Shown here one piece after another: positions 1-10,087 of a stretch of DNA of 43,640 nt. The notes beneath the pieces are model-generated. The model made no database searches and had not been told where the DNA came from. It was given only the letters and a program-made list of their open reading frames with translations. This DNA comes from Chrysochromulina tobinii. Taxonomy: Eukaryota. Made by a program: the position numbers and the translations under genes. Position 1 is the first letter of the stretch. Each line of letters opens with the position of its first letter. The stretch covers positions 1 to 43,640 of the forward strand of contig JWZX01003392.1 in assembly GCA_001275005.1 (NCBI GenBank), given 5' to 3'.

Positions 1-325
1 AAATCGTTGTGCGCGGCACGCCGCAGGCACATGACGCCGCATCGCGTGCTCGTCGTTCAAAGTAGAAGACCCCTCAGGATGGCGATGGAGCATACGTCGG
101 GCGCGCTGCGGTCGCGCAATTTCGCGTCTTCGGCCCCGGGACCTGCGTCCGGATGGCAAAACGCCTCGATGGTGGGTGGAGAGGTGGGTGGGTGAAAAGC
201 AACCGAACGTCCCAGGCTGTCTTGGGTGGTCGAGGTCCCACAACGGTGCGCATTCAATCGCCTTCAGTCCGCTGAAGTTGCGTTTCCTAAGAGAAATGTG
301 GCGAAATTTCGATCGGATAATCAGA

Positions 326-1567
326 ATGTGGGTAGTTCTTGCAGCTACCTACTCCATCGCAGCTGCCGCCTTCATCCTGCCTACACCGCCTACCCCACGC
401 AGAGCAGTGGCCGCCTCTGCCGACATTCGAGCTGGTCGTTGCGCAACGCCGCGTGCGGAGCTTGAACCGGAGGGCGTTCGTGTCAACAAGGCACTTCGCG
501 CCACTCACAGCCGTCGTCAGGCGGATCAGCTGGTTGCGGATGGGCGAGTCCAGGTCAACGGCGCGATCGTCGACGCGGGCACGCGGCTCACCCGCGGGGA
601 CATCTTGTCGCTCGACGGCGCCATTGTAGACTGGGAGCGGCTCAATCCGCTCGAGCCATCCGCACAGGGCGAGTTTGTGTACCTCAAGATGTGGAAGCGG
701 CGAGGCGTCGTTTGCACGACGGACCAGCGCCAGCCCAATAATATCATCGACGCGCTCGGCCCAGTGCCGGGGGTTACTGACCGCATCTACCCGATTGGGC
801 GGCTCGACGCAGACAGCACCGGCCTCATCCTGCTCACGAGCGATGGTGGCATTGTCAACGGTCTGCTCCGCAGCAGCGCGCGGAAGAGCAAGGAGTACAT
901 CGTGAGCACGGACACGCGGGCGACGGATGCACAGATTGCGCGGCTCGCGCGCGGGGTCACCATCACGACCGTGGCGCAGCGCGACGGCCAGGCCAAGCCG
1001 CTCACCGCGCCGACCAAGCCCTGCGTGGTCGAGCGCATTGCGACGGGGCACGACGAGTGCCGACTGCGCTTTGTGCTGCAGGAGGGGCGAAATCGCCAGA
1101 TCCGTCGCATGTGCGAGGCGATCGGCCTGAACGTCGTGCGCTTGCATCGTGTCCAGTTTGCAGACATCACCCTCAGTGGCTGCCGCGCAGCCGGAGACTG
1201 GTGTTTCCTAACTGACGAGGAGATCGACCTCTGCAGGTCTGTTGCAGCGCCGCGGGCGTCCGGCCGCGAGCAGGGCGCAGGCGACGAGACGGAGCGCGCA
1301 GGTTGGCAGCGACGGCCACCGCTGAGGAGGGATGCAGAGAGCGAGCGGAGGTACGGCGACGCCGGCGGGCGAGGCTCCTTAGGCAGAGGCTCCACCCAAG
1401 AGTACGGCCGAGGAGCACGCGGAGGAGCTGCAGGCAGTGGGCAAGAGCAGAGGATGAGGAGTGCGAGAATCACGAGCAGGTCTGCGAGGACAACAACTAC
1501 GACGTGGCGACGGGGAGCGGCCGCGCCAGTGACCGAAAGCGATCGGTCGAGGCGCGTAAACGTCTAG
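326..1567 (+). CDS. rRNA pseudouridine synthase (RsuA/RluB/RluF family) with S4 domain, probably plastid-targeted
   Basis: S4-like VRVNKALRATHSRRQADQLVADGRVQVNG, catalytic GRLDADSTGLILLTSDG and EGRNRQIRRMCEAIG. ATG at 326 starts a hydrophobic leader ending AAAAF, followed by a transit-like segment. Confidence 0.9.
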   Translation: MWVVLAATYSIAAAAFILPTPPTPRRAVAASADIRAGRCATPRAELEPEGVRVNKALRATHSRRQADQLVADGRVQVNGAIVDAGTRLTRGDILSLDGAIVDWERLNPLEPSAQGEFVYLKMWKRRGVVCTTDQRQPNNIIDALGPVPGVTDRIYPIGRLDADSTGLILLTSDGGIVNGLLRSSARKSKEYIVSTDTRATDAQIARLARGVTITTVAQRDGQAKPLTAPTKPCVVERIATGHDECRLRFVLQEGRNRQIRRMCEAIGLNVVRLHRVQFADITLSGCRAAGDWCFLTDEEIDLCRSVAAPRASGREQGAGDETERAGWQRRPPLRRDAESERRYGDAGGRGSLGRGSTQEYGRGARGGAAGSGQEQRMRSARITSRSARTTTTTWRRGAAAPVTESDRSRRVNV

Positions 1568-2271
1568 CGGAACGAGCGGGGAGTACACGAACAACCGGGT
1601 CCGCCCGGGGGCGGTGGCCGGCGCCGCGTCGGCGTGGCCCGTTCGGGATACTAGCGATAGCACCGATGTATATCCGAGTAGTATATAAAATTTTACGTGC
1701 GCGTCCTGGGCGCGGCCGGGAAACGGTATACGATTAATGAAAAATTAAAAACGACCATGAATTAATGTTATTAACCGGCATGGACCCCGGGGTCACGATT
1801 TCACATTTCTATTTTCTTAGCGGACGGGACGACGGAGGACGACCGGCAACGTACCGCCGCGACGGCGGACGACGAATCCATGCTGTTTGGAGATCCAAAG
1901 CGGTGGCACAGAAGACAGAACCGAGAACGCACCCCAGTGACGTGCGTTGATCGATACGATGATGCATCGTCATCCGCATTAGCATATTCAGACGTGGGGG
2001 GACAAGAGGGAAGAAAGCTGTGAAGAAACAGAGACGATCGACGATCGCGCCTCCCCGCCGCGCCTCTTGACGACACACGTCACGCTCCTATCACGCTCTC
2101 ACCTGTGGCCGTGGTGTGCCGTGTGTATAACATGCCCGTGCGCTTCCATGCACGGCGGTTCGCTGAAAAGCACGCCTGCTGAGCCCACGCCAGAGCGCGG
2201 CGCCATGGATCTCGTGAGTGGCACGCTCCTCGCCAGCCAAGACCTGTCCCGCAGCTCCTCAAGGGCTGTCC

Positions 2272-3150
2272 TCAAGGGCTGGTCTTCGTGAATCCGGCGG
2301 CGGCGGCGGCGGGTGGTGGACTCGAATCGCTGCCGCCCGAAAAGAAGAGCAGAAGCAGCATCGAGATGAGCTGCGCAGGGGGCAACGGCAGGTGCTCAGC
2401 TGACACGCGTGCCTGGCTGCCCAGCAAGGCGTGCGCGACGGGGAAGCGGGCGTGTGCGCGCAGGCCGGGGAAGAGGCACGGCGAGCGCTGTGCGTGGTTT
2501 GAGAGCAGGGAGTGGTCGAGGGATGCACGGACCAGCCCGATGACGATCCAGAGCGTCATCTTATTCATCGCGGCGCGGCGTCCCATCTGCGCGAGCAGTT
2601 TCCGGCTGCCCTCGAGCCCGTCTGCAGCGTACCGCAGCGACCCCTGAGCGTGCATCAGCGTCTCACGCTGCTTGCCGAGGTCGCCCAAGATCGCGTTTGC
2701 TGTTTGCTCCATGTCGAGCGTGACCGCATGCGCCTGCTTGAGCTTATCCGTCGCCTTGCTCATACGGTCATTGTTGGCAAGGAGGCGCGAGCGCTCGCCC
2801 GGGCTAGGATTGCTGTACGAGTCGCCGCCTGCACAGTTCTCCTCGCGGCAGTGATCAGGAGACCGCGCCGTCGACTTGAGATCTTTGATGCGCGTCTTCA
2901 ACGCGCTGATTTCGTCGCGGTAGGATCGCAGCTGCGCCTGCAGCTTGGACCGTGCAGCGCCCGATAGAGAGCGGCCCTCAAGCTCCATGAGCTGCACCAC
3001 GTCCTTGCCAGCCTCAGCAGCTCTCTCAGCCCCGCTCAAGGCCGTTCGGCGATCATCGGGTGAGCTCGAGCGTGAGGCGTGCGCGAGCCTTTCCTCGGCG
3101 GCTTGCACATGGCCGCGGAACTCGCGCTCATACTCGTCGATCGAGGACAT
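2272..3150 (-). CDS. VTI1: Qb-SNARE VTI1-like vesicle transport protein (2 exons; intron 2371-2532)
   Basis: N-terminal helical bundle (MSSIDEYEREF..LMELEGRSL) and SNARE coil (EQTANAILGDLGKQRETL). Removing the GT..AG intron yields the C-terminal TM segment TLWIVIGLLISMLLLLFF. Confidence 0.88.
   Translation of the reverse strand: MSSIDEYEREFRGHVQAAEERLAHASRSSSPDDRRTALSGAERAAEAGKDVVQLMELEGRSLSGAARSKLQAQLRSYRDEISALKTRIKDLKSTARSPDHCREENCAGGDSYSNPSPGERSRLLANNDRMSKATDKLKQAHAVTLDMEQTANAILGDLGKQRETLMHAQGSLRYAADGLEGSRKLLAQMGRRAAMNKMTLWIVIGLVRASLDHSLLSNHAQRSPCLFPGLRAHARFPVAHALLGSQARVSAEHLPLPPAQLISMLLLLFFSGGSDSSPPPAAAAAGFTKTSP
2371..2532 (-). other. spliceosomal intron, 162 nt, in frame with no stop codon
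   Basis: Donor CTG|GTCCGT and acceptor CTGCGCAG|CTC. Splicing rejoins the two halves of the SNARE TM helix. Confidence 0.8.
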
Positions 3151-3200
3151 GAGACTTTCACGTTTTTTCCTTGATTTGGGAGGCCGCGCAGGTGTGAGAA

Positions 3201-3220
3201 GCGCGCGCGCGCGCGCGCGC
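3201..3220. repeat. (GC)10 dinucleotide run in the VTI1/kinase divergent promoter
   Basis: gcgcgcgcgcgcgcgcgcgc lies between ATG 3150(-) and ATG 3336(+). Confidence 0.9.
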
Positions 3221-3335
3221 ACGGTGAGAAAGCGGATCACCCGATACGACGTTCAACTCACATCTCCCATGAGGCGCCCGTGACAACTCCAGCAATGTAT
3301 GAATAGTTCCTTCTAGAACTTCGTCGCGATTCGTA

Positions 3336-6300
3336 ATGTCGACAAACATGGCGGACTCGACAAGGGACAACACGAGGGTTGTATCCCACGCGCCAGCCGC
3401 GAGCGGCCCGAGGCATGCCCGCACGCATAGCTCAGGCGCATCCCAGTGGGACTCAGCCGTTCGGCGCATGCCTTCCGAGTCTGGGGACGTCCTCTGCAGA
3501 ATCTGTGAACGCCTCATGAGTAGCCGAATGATTGCCCAGCACACCCGCTACTGCGTGCTCGCTTCGCAGTGCCAGCAGCACGCGGCGGCATCAAATACGA
3601 AGCTCCACAAGCTCTCGGCGCTGCTGTCGCGAAAAATCGAGCAACGGCGGCAGCTGCAGCACTTGGCGGTAGAGAGCGGGCCGCTCACCAAGACGCATCT
3701 CTCGATCACGGCAAGCGTGTTGGCGGCTCTGTCTCAACTGTGGACGATGTCAGCGATTTGGCTGCTTGCGGCGCTCGTGGCCATGTATCGTACGCCTGGA
3801 CGCGACGACGAGCTCCTCGCACCGCTCGCGCGCACTGTCGCCAGCGCCGCCGACGCTGCTGCTCCCACCGACGCGGCCTTCCCCGTCACTGCCGCCACCG
3901 CCGTCGATCCTCTGCTCGACACAACGATCCTAGAAGCGGCGCATGCGGAAATGCTGCAGCTCGCATTATGTGATCCGTCGAGCTCGGGAGCTCTCGCGCG
4001 CTGTGAAGACGTCGTTCACACCCTTCAGGCCCTTCACCGTCGTTTGGAGGATTTCGAGGACTACGCCGGGACCACCATCGTGGGCGGTGCCGTGGCGCTC
4101 GCCCTCGAACGCGCGACGATGCTCGGGACGCTCGCGGATGTGGATGACCCCGCACTAGTGCCCGCCGGTGCGACGGCGCTCAGCAGCATTGAAGTAGGCG
4201 TGCTCGAAACTTCGGTAGGTCATGCTCGAAACGGCACACTTCATCGTCGCACGTTATCGTCGGGAAGTACTCTCTCGGACGAGGGAACTGGCCGTGCTAG
4301 AACCGGCTCACTTCACCGTCGCACTTTATCGTCGGGAAGTGTGACGGACGAGGGAAGCTTCGGAAGCCGAGCGGACGACGGCGGCGAGGAGCCACCGGTC
4401 GTGTCGCACGTGAACGTGCCCTCGATCTCGGACTTCGACATCATCCGGCCGATCTCCAAGGGCGCCTTCGGGCGCGTCTACCTCGCTCGCAAGAAGCGCA
4501 CGGGCGACTTCTTCGCGGTCAAGGTACAGCGCAAGGACCTTGCGCTCGCACGCGGTGGCGACAACGCCAAGCGCATCTTGGGTGAACGCGACATTCTCAT
4601 TGAGGCAGACCATCCGTTCGTCGTCAAGCTCTTCTACTCGTTCCAGAGCCAGCACAATCTGTACTTGGTGATGGAGTTTTTGGGCGGCGGCGACCTTCGC
4701 ACGCTGCTCAAGCGTGTCGGGCGACTCACCGAGCAACTTGCATGCGTCTACCTTGCGGAGATCGTGCTGGGGCTCGAGTACTTGCACAACCGACTCCGAG
4801 TGGTGCATCGCGATCTCAAGCCGGAGAACGTGCTCGTCTCGAGCACTGGGCACCTCAAATTGACGGATTTCGGGCTGAGCGGGCTGAGCGGGCTGCGCGT
4901 GCATGCGGACGAGCATGCGGATGCAGGGGACGCGGTTGCGGCGCGGCGGGAGCCCACAAGTTCACGATCGATGGCGCACGCGTTGCCTCGAAGTGTGAGC
5001 CACACCGACGCTCGCTCCCTTGATCGTGGCGGGGAGGAGCCTGCTGATCGCGGCACCAGCGGCGCCGGCGCCATAGCCGCCGATCGGAACGGCACCGGGG
5101 CCAACCGCGCCGCCCAACTCAATGACGGCCCACAAGCGCGTTGCTACTCAATTGTGGGCAGCCCGCACTATGTGGCACCGGAGATGCTCGACGGTCGCGG
5201 CCACTCGATGCCGGTAGACTGGTGGGCGCTGGGCGTGATCGCTTTCGAGCTGCTCACCGGCTACCTGCCATTCGCGGGCGACTCAATCGCCCAGGTACAC
5301 GACAACGTCGTGAGCGGGCACATCGATTGGCCAAAGGGCGCATCCGCGGACAGCGCAGCTGGTGAAGACGGATCTTCGAGCATCTCCAAGTCAGCTCACA
5401 GCCTCATCAGCAGCCTGCTCACACTGCCCGCGGTATCGCGCCTCGGTGCCGGAGGTGCCGCTGAGGTGCGAGCTCACCGCTTCTTCGAGGCGGTCTCGTG
5501 GGACGATCTGCTCCGCCACAACACCTTTTACATCCCGCAGCAGTCGACCACCGCGCTCTTGACGCCCCGATCGCTTCTGCGCTCCGGGCGCGACGACACG
5601 GCCGTCCATGGCGTCGCCAAGGCAACCCCACGCCTCGCTGATGACCGTGGGCGCAGCCTCGACGGCCATGGCGCCGAGGAGTGCGGATCCTTTGACAGAG
5701 AGAGGGAGGGCATTGAGGTCTATGAGTCGCAGCCGGGCAGCCCAGCTCGCTTTAGCTCGCTCTACCTCGCAGGCTGCCATCTCGCACCCTACAACTCGGA
5801 CCGAGATACCCCTGGGCAGGGAGGCACGTCGGAGCGCAGCGCGAGTCCGCGTGACCCGCTGCTCGACTTTGACTATGCGAACCTGTCCAACCTGATGCGC
5901 ATGAACGCCGAGGCGGAGCAGTTGGCCGGCTCTGTCTCGAATGACGAGGCATGCAAAGTGTGCAAGTGGCACCTGACGCAGCTCAGCGCAGACGGCACTG
6001 CGTGGGCCACTGACAGCGACTTTAGTGTGGCGCAGCATGCATTCGTGGAGGTGCAGCTCGCGCCCGACGATGCGACGGGGCGTGAGACGACGGTCGAGCT
6101 TGCATTCAAGGAGAATCTGGTGCGCATTAGCTCGCAGCCGCCGCCGCCGCCGACGTCGCCGTCGCCACATAGCCCGACAGCCAAAGGGCCAAGCGCGAGC
6201 CGTCCTGAGCCCATCAGCCTGCCACCGACGCCTGTGTACATCAAAAACTATGCCGCCGCGGGCGAGCGCGTGGAGTCGCCGCCGAGTGGTTACGGCGAGC

Positions 6301-6917
6301 GAGTGGAGTTGCCGCCGAGTGGTTACGGCGAGCAAGGGGAGTCGCCGCAGAGTGGTTACGGCGAGCGCGTGGAGTCGCCACCGCAACAGGCTGCCGCACG
6401 AAGGCCAGTTGGGGGAGGCTGCTGCCCCTCGCGCTCGTGCGACAGCCTCCCCCATCTGAGTAGCCAGGCAAGCAGCGGCGAGAGTGCCGAGGGGGCGAGT
6501 GCGTACGCCACGCACGCGCAGGCGGACTATACCGAGGGAACGCAGTGGATCGAGATCTGGTTCAAGAACGAGTGCCGCCCCGTCCACGGCATGTCACTGC
6601 CGGTTTCCTACACGTATGGCCGCTGGTGGAAGGGACTCGCCGCACGCTACACCCGCACTGGAGATGACGAGGACGCTCTGCTCTGCAGCTACGCCGAGCT
6701 TGAGCATGAGGCCGTAGGTCCGACGCTTGTAGTTGGGTTGTGGCGGCTCAGGCCGCTGCCGCCGGCGCTTCTCGCCCAACGACGCGACCAGCTGCGCGTG
6801 CAGATCTGCCTTGCCAAGGCCAAGGCCTTTGGCATCAAGCGTACCGTGCATCGCATCTCGCTCGCGTACGCTGACCTCGTGAACCGACGGACGACCATCA
6901 CGTGGGTAAACGACTGA
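3336..6917 (+). CDS. AGC Ser/Thr kinase, IRE/Rim15/Greatwall (MAST-like) type
   Basis: N-terminal CRICE..H..YC zinc finger. Kinase domain has ISKGAFGRVYLARK, HRDLKPEN, DFG, a long insert, then IVGSPHYVAPE and DWWALG, followed by an AGC tail FDYANL. Confidence 0.9.
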   Translation: MSTNMADSTRDNTRVVSHAPAASGPRHARTHSSGASQWDSAVRRMPSESGDVLCRICERLMSSRMIAQHTRYCVLASQCQQHAAASNTKLHKLSALLSRKIEQRRQLQHLAVESGPLTKTHLSITASVLAALSQLWTMSAIWLLAALVAMYRTPGRDDELLAPLARTVASAADAAAPTDAAFPVTAATAVDPLLDTTILEAAHAEMLQLALCDPSSSGALARCEDVVHTLQALHRRLEDFEDYAGTTIVGGAVALALERATMLGTLADVDDPALVPAGATALSSIEVGVLETSVGHARNGTLHRRTLSSGSTLSDEGTGRARTGSLHRRTLSSGSVTDEGSFGSRADDGGEEPPVVSHVNVPSISDFDIIRPISKGAFGRVYLARKKRTGDFFAVKVQRKDLALARGGDNAKRILGERDILIEADHPFVVKLFYSFQSQHNLYLVMEFLGGGDLRTLLKRVGRLTEQLACVYLAEIVLGLEYLHNRLRVVHRDLKPENVLVSSTGHLKLTDFGLSGLSGLRVHADEHADAGDAVAARREPTSSRSMAHALPRSVSHTDARSLDRGGEEPADRGTSGAGAIAADRNGTGANRAAQLNDGPQARCYSIVGSPHYVAPEMLDGRGHSMPVDWWALGVIAFELLTGYLPFAGDSIAQVHDNVVSGHIDWPKGASADSAAGEDGSSSISKSAHSLISSLLTLPAVSRLGAGGAAEVRAHRFFEAVSWDDLLRHNTFYIPQQSTTALLTPRSLLRSGRDDTAVHGVAKATPRLADDRGRSLDGHGAEECGSFDREREGIEVYESQPGSPARFSSLYLAGCHLAPYNSDRDTPGQGGTSERSASPRDPLLDFDYANLSNLMRMNAEAEQLAGSVSNDEACKVCKWHLTQLSADGTAWATDSDFSVAQHAFVEVQLAPDDATGRETTVELAFKENLVRISSQPPPPPTSPSPHSPTAKGPSASRPEPISLPPTPVYIKNYAAAGERVESPPSGYGERVELPPSGYGEQGESPQSGYGERVESPPQQAAARRPVGGGCCPSRSCDSLPHLSSQASSGESAEGASAYATHAQADYTEGTQWIEIWFKNECRPVHGMSLPVSYTYGRWWKGLAARYTRTGDDEDALLCSYAELEHEAVGPTLVVGLWRLRPLPPALLAQRRDQLRVQICLAKAKAFGIKRTVHRISLAYADLVNRRTTITWVND
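6261..6380 (+). repeat. 33-bp coding tandem repeat, about 3.6 copies (GERVESPPSGY)
   Basis: Repeated unit ggcgagcg(c/a)gtggagtcgccgccgagtggttac. Confidence 0.9.
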
Positions 6918-7556
6918 AGTACCGAACACTCGCTCTCCCAGAACCGCCCCCCACACGCCACGCGATATGCGTCCGAGAGCCCACGCGAGACCAAGTTTCG
7001 AAAAGGAGCCCCTAACACCTCGTTTCCTCGTACGGTAGGCGGGCCGATTGGATTCCAGACCCTTTGGTGATGTCCAACCACGTACGTACGTTACTCGTTA
7101 CGTTTTTCAGAGCAAATCCGATATAATTAAATCCGATCGCGCACTGGCGCACAACAACTTGCGTAAAAAGCCCGGTCATGTTCACATGTAACCATCATCT
7201 CGCCACGTCGACGGACCAATGGGGGCAATGCGACGGACTTCCAACGGGGGACAGGGTGGGCACAAGAGTCCGGTCGCTCCGAACCTCAAGAGAATCAGGC
7301 TAGCACGTATAGCAGATGATTACTATTAAGACGTCATCACGGCATGCATCACGGACACGTATACCCATTGACGTATACGGGTGTACTCGATACAGTTCTA
7401 CATAGTTGTTACCCGGGGTGAGGGCGGCGACGGGTACACCCACGATGTACCACGACCCAGGGACGCCAGAGCCCAGAGCTGCAGACCCACCGACGACTGT
7501 CGGCTCTCGACAGAAGGCTCTCGTACTATAATTGCACATCAAGAGGAAAGTGGCGC

Positions 7557-7683
7557 GTGTCGTTCTCAGAGCTGACCTCTTACAGTAAGTGCGTCGAGGC
7601 GGCTTGCGTGTGTCGTGCTGAGTTGACCTTTTTTAAGAAGTGCATCGATGTCGATGGCCATGTCGTTCTGAGCTGACCTCTTC
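7557..7683. repeat. degenerate ~52-bp tandem repeat, about 2.5 copies
   Basis: tgtcgt(t/g)ct(ca)gag(c/t)tgacct at 7558, 7611 and 7661. The intervening sequences also share aagtgc(g/a)tcga. Confidence 0.75.
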
Positions 7684-7738
7684 CTCGGCCCTTCGGTGTC
7701 GCGGTCCCTCATCGGCGGATCGGCGGTATCGGCATAGG

Positions 7739-8344
7739 ATGGCCACCGCTGGCAAGGGTGGGATGGAGGAAAACTACGGCGGCGAGAACGAGGGAGAGGT
7801 CGAGGGCGAGGGAGAGGCCGAGGGCGAATATGGCGGTGACCATCAATGGACGGTGACGTCGATGGTTGCTAGCGTGCCGCTCTGGGCGTGTTGGGCAGGC
7901 GTGTTCCTCTTGATAGGATGTGCATCACTCGTGTGCTTCGTATACATGCGTGACGATTTGGTGCGCGCATGGCACCGCAGGCAGGCGGCGCAAGCAGCAC
8001 GGGCAATGGATATTGCGGATGATGACGAGCTGATGCCGGTCTCTTCCTGGCTGGGAACCACGCAGCCCGTCAAGGTAGCGATTGAAGTTAACGGCGTGAC
8101 GCACAGGATCGGTGCATCGCGCGATGGCATGGGGTCCGTCTCGCGCGTACCTTTCGTGCTGAACGATGCGTGCTACGAGAGCGGCTATCCCGAGCTCGTA
8201 GACCTTGACCTGGTGGACCTGTTGCTGAGCAAGAAGGCGGAGCTCTCGTACGTCGACAAGGACGGCGACATTCGGCGATTTGATGGATCGATCACCGTAG
8301 TGGACCTGATGGCTGCCAAGTCGATCCACGTACGCGTGCTGTGA
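7739..8344 (+). CDS. single-pass membrane protein with acidic N-terminus and C-terminal PB1/ubiquitin-like domain
   Basis: ATG 7739, TM segment VPLWACWAGVFLLIGCASLVCFVYM, and ELSYVDKDGD resembling the PB1 OPCA motif. Confidence 0.65.
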   Translation: MATAGKGGMEENYGGENEGEVEGEGEAEGEYGGDHQWTVTSMVASVPLWACWAGVFLLIGCASLVCFVYMRDDLVRAWHRRQAAQAARAMDIADDDELMPVSSWLGTTQPVKVAIEVNGVTHRIGASRDGMGSVSRVPFVLNDACYESGYPELVDLDLVDLLLSKKAELSYVDKDGDIRRFDGSITVVDLMAAKSIHVRVL

Positions 8345-8692
8345 GTTACAGCAGTGAGCGTGTGTTTGGCCAAGCACAAGCGGCGTTGAATTCGCCATCC
8401 TTTATCCGGATTCATGTACAATTAGATGAGCGTGTGTTGGCCAAACTATCCAAAGGTCTTCTTGTTTTTGCCATGCACACTTGAGTGCGAAGTGCTCACC
8501 ATGACGCGCGTTGTTTTGGGCTATGCAAACTTGCAGAGGCAGGGCAACAAGAGCAGCCTAGGCGAGAACCGAGAACTATGCTCCCGACTGCTCCCCAGCG
8601 CGTCACCCAGCACTTGCTTGACGCCTTGCTGACGCCGCCTGTTGAGTGCCCTTCTTGTCGCGTGCAGGCGCTCTCTCAGGCACCGCGCTCCG

Positions 8693-10087
8693 ATGAATTC
8701 GCTCGCCATGCGCCGCGCCGCTCGCACCGCAGCGCGGAGGGCGTACAGCACCCTGCCTGCGCAGCAGCCGACGCTGGTGTCGACGCTGCCCAATCAGCTC
8801 CGCGTGGCCAGTGAATCGACCGGCGGAGCGACCGCCACGGTCGGCGTGTGGATTGACACAGGCAGCCGCTACGAGACGGACGCCAACAACGGCGTCGCGC
8901 ACTTCCTAGAGCATATGGCTTTCAAGGGCACCAAAAAGCGCTCGCAGCTCGCTCTGGAGGTGGAGGTGGAGAACATGGGTGCGCAACTGAACGCGTACAC
9001 ATCACGCGAGCAGACGGTCTACTACGCCAAGGTGCTCAAGGAGGATGTGCCGAAGGCGGTCGAGCTGCTGTCTGACATCCTGACAAACTCGACCTTCTCG
9101 GCGGCGGCGGTTGAGCGCGAGCGCGACGTCATCCTGCGCGAGATGGAGGAGGTCGAGAGCATGACCGAGGAGGTCATCTTCGACATGCTGCACGAGGTCG
9201 CGTACGTCGGCACGCCGCTCGCGCGTACCATCCTCGGGCCTGAGGCGAACATCAAGGCCATCTCCGCCGACGACATCAAGGCCTACATCGCCACCCACTA
9301 CACTGCGCCGCGCATGGTGGTGGCCGCCTCGGGCGCGGTGGACCACGATGAGCTGGTCAAGCTCTCTGGCGATTTCTTTGGCAAGGTGCCCACGGAGGCG
9401 CCCGCCGGCTACGCGATTGAGCACACGCCCTCGCTCTTCAGCGGCGGCGACGTGCGCGACTACAACGACGACATGAACGTGGGCCACTTCGCGTTGGCCT
9501 TCGAGGGCCTCAAGTGGACGGACCCCGACATCTTCACGCTGATGCTCACGCAGTCGCTCATCGGCACCTTTGATGCCAAAAAGGGCGGCTCCGCGTTCAG
9601 CTCCGCCAAGCTCGCATCGGAGCTCTCGAAGCTCGACTGCGGCGTCGAGCTTTTCCAGCCCTTCTGCACGTGCTACAACGACACAGGCCTCTTCGGCGTC
9701 TACTTCACGTCGAACATGAGCAAAAAGGAGTCTGTCGACGACCTGTTCAGCACCATCCAGGAGGAGCTCGTGGCGCTCACCACGGGCACCGCCGACGAGG
9801 ATCTGCAGATGGCCAAGAACCAGCTCAAGTACAACTTGATGCTGCAGATGGATGGCACCTCGGCCAAAACGGAGGAGATCGGCCGGCACATGCTCGCCTA
9901 CGGCCGCAGGATCAGCCTCGCCGAGACCTTTGCGCGCATCGACGAGATCGAGCCGGCGGACGTGCAGCGCGTGACCGAGAAGGTCATCTGGGATCAGGAG
10001 ATCGCCTTCGCCGGCATGGGCCCGAACCTCAAGTACGTCTTCGACATCAACGGCCTGCGCCGCGGCACATTCTGGAACCGCCTGTGA
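8693..10087 (+). CDS. PMPCB: mitochondrial processing peptidase beta subunit (M16 peptidase / bc1 core 1)
   Basis: Arg-rich presequence MNSLAMRRAARTAARRAYS, inverted zinc motif HFLEH, and LNAYTSREQTVYY. Confidence 0.95.
   Translation: MNSLAMRRAARTAARRAYSTLPAQQPTLVSTLPNQLRVASESTGGATATVGVWIDTGSRYETDANNGVAHFLEHMAFKGTKKRSQLALEVEVENMGAQLNAYTSREQTVYYAKVLKEDVPKAVELLSDILTNSTFSAAAVERERDVILREMEEVESMTEEVIFDMLHEVAYVGTPLARTILGPEANIKAISADDIKAYIATHYTAPRMVVAASGAVDHDELVKLSGDFFGKVPTEAPAGYAIEHTPSLFSGGDVRDYNDDMNVGHFALAFEGLKWTDPDIFTLMLTQSLIGTFDAKKGGSAFSSAKLASELSKLDCGVELFQPFCTCYNDTGLFGVYFTSNMSKKESVDDLFSTIQEELVALTTGTADEDLQMAKNQLKYNLMLQMDGTSAKTEEIGRHMLAYGRRISLAETFARIDEIEPADVQRVTEKVIWDQEIAFAGMGPNLKYVFDINGLRRGTFWNRL

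Noticed and set aside
1..257. Possible 5' end of a divergent minus-strand gene
   Set aside because: Only short ORFs without recognisable motifs, so it cannot be supported within this window.
7557..7683. Three ~22-bp repeats with ~30-bp gaps, superficially CRISPR-like
   Set aside because: The gaps resemble each other and the repeats are degenerate. There are no cas genes and the context is eukaryotic, so this is a tandem repeat.
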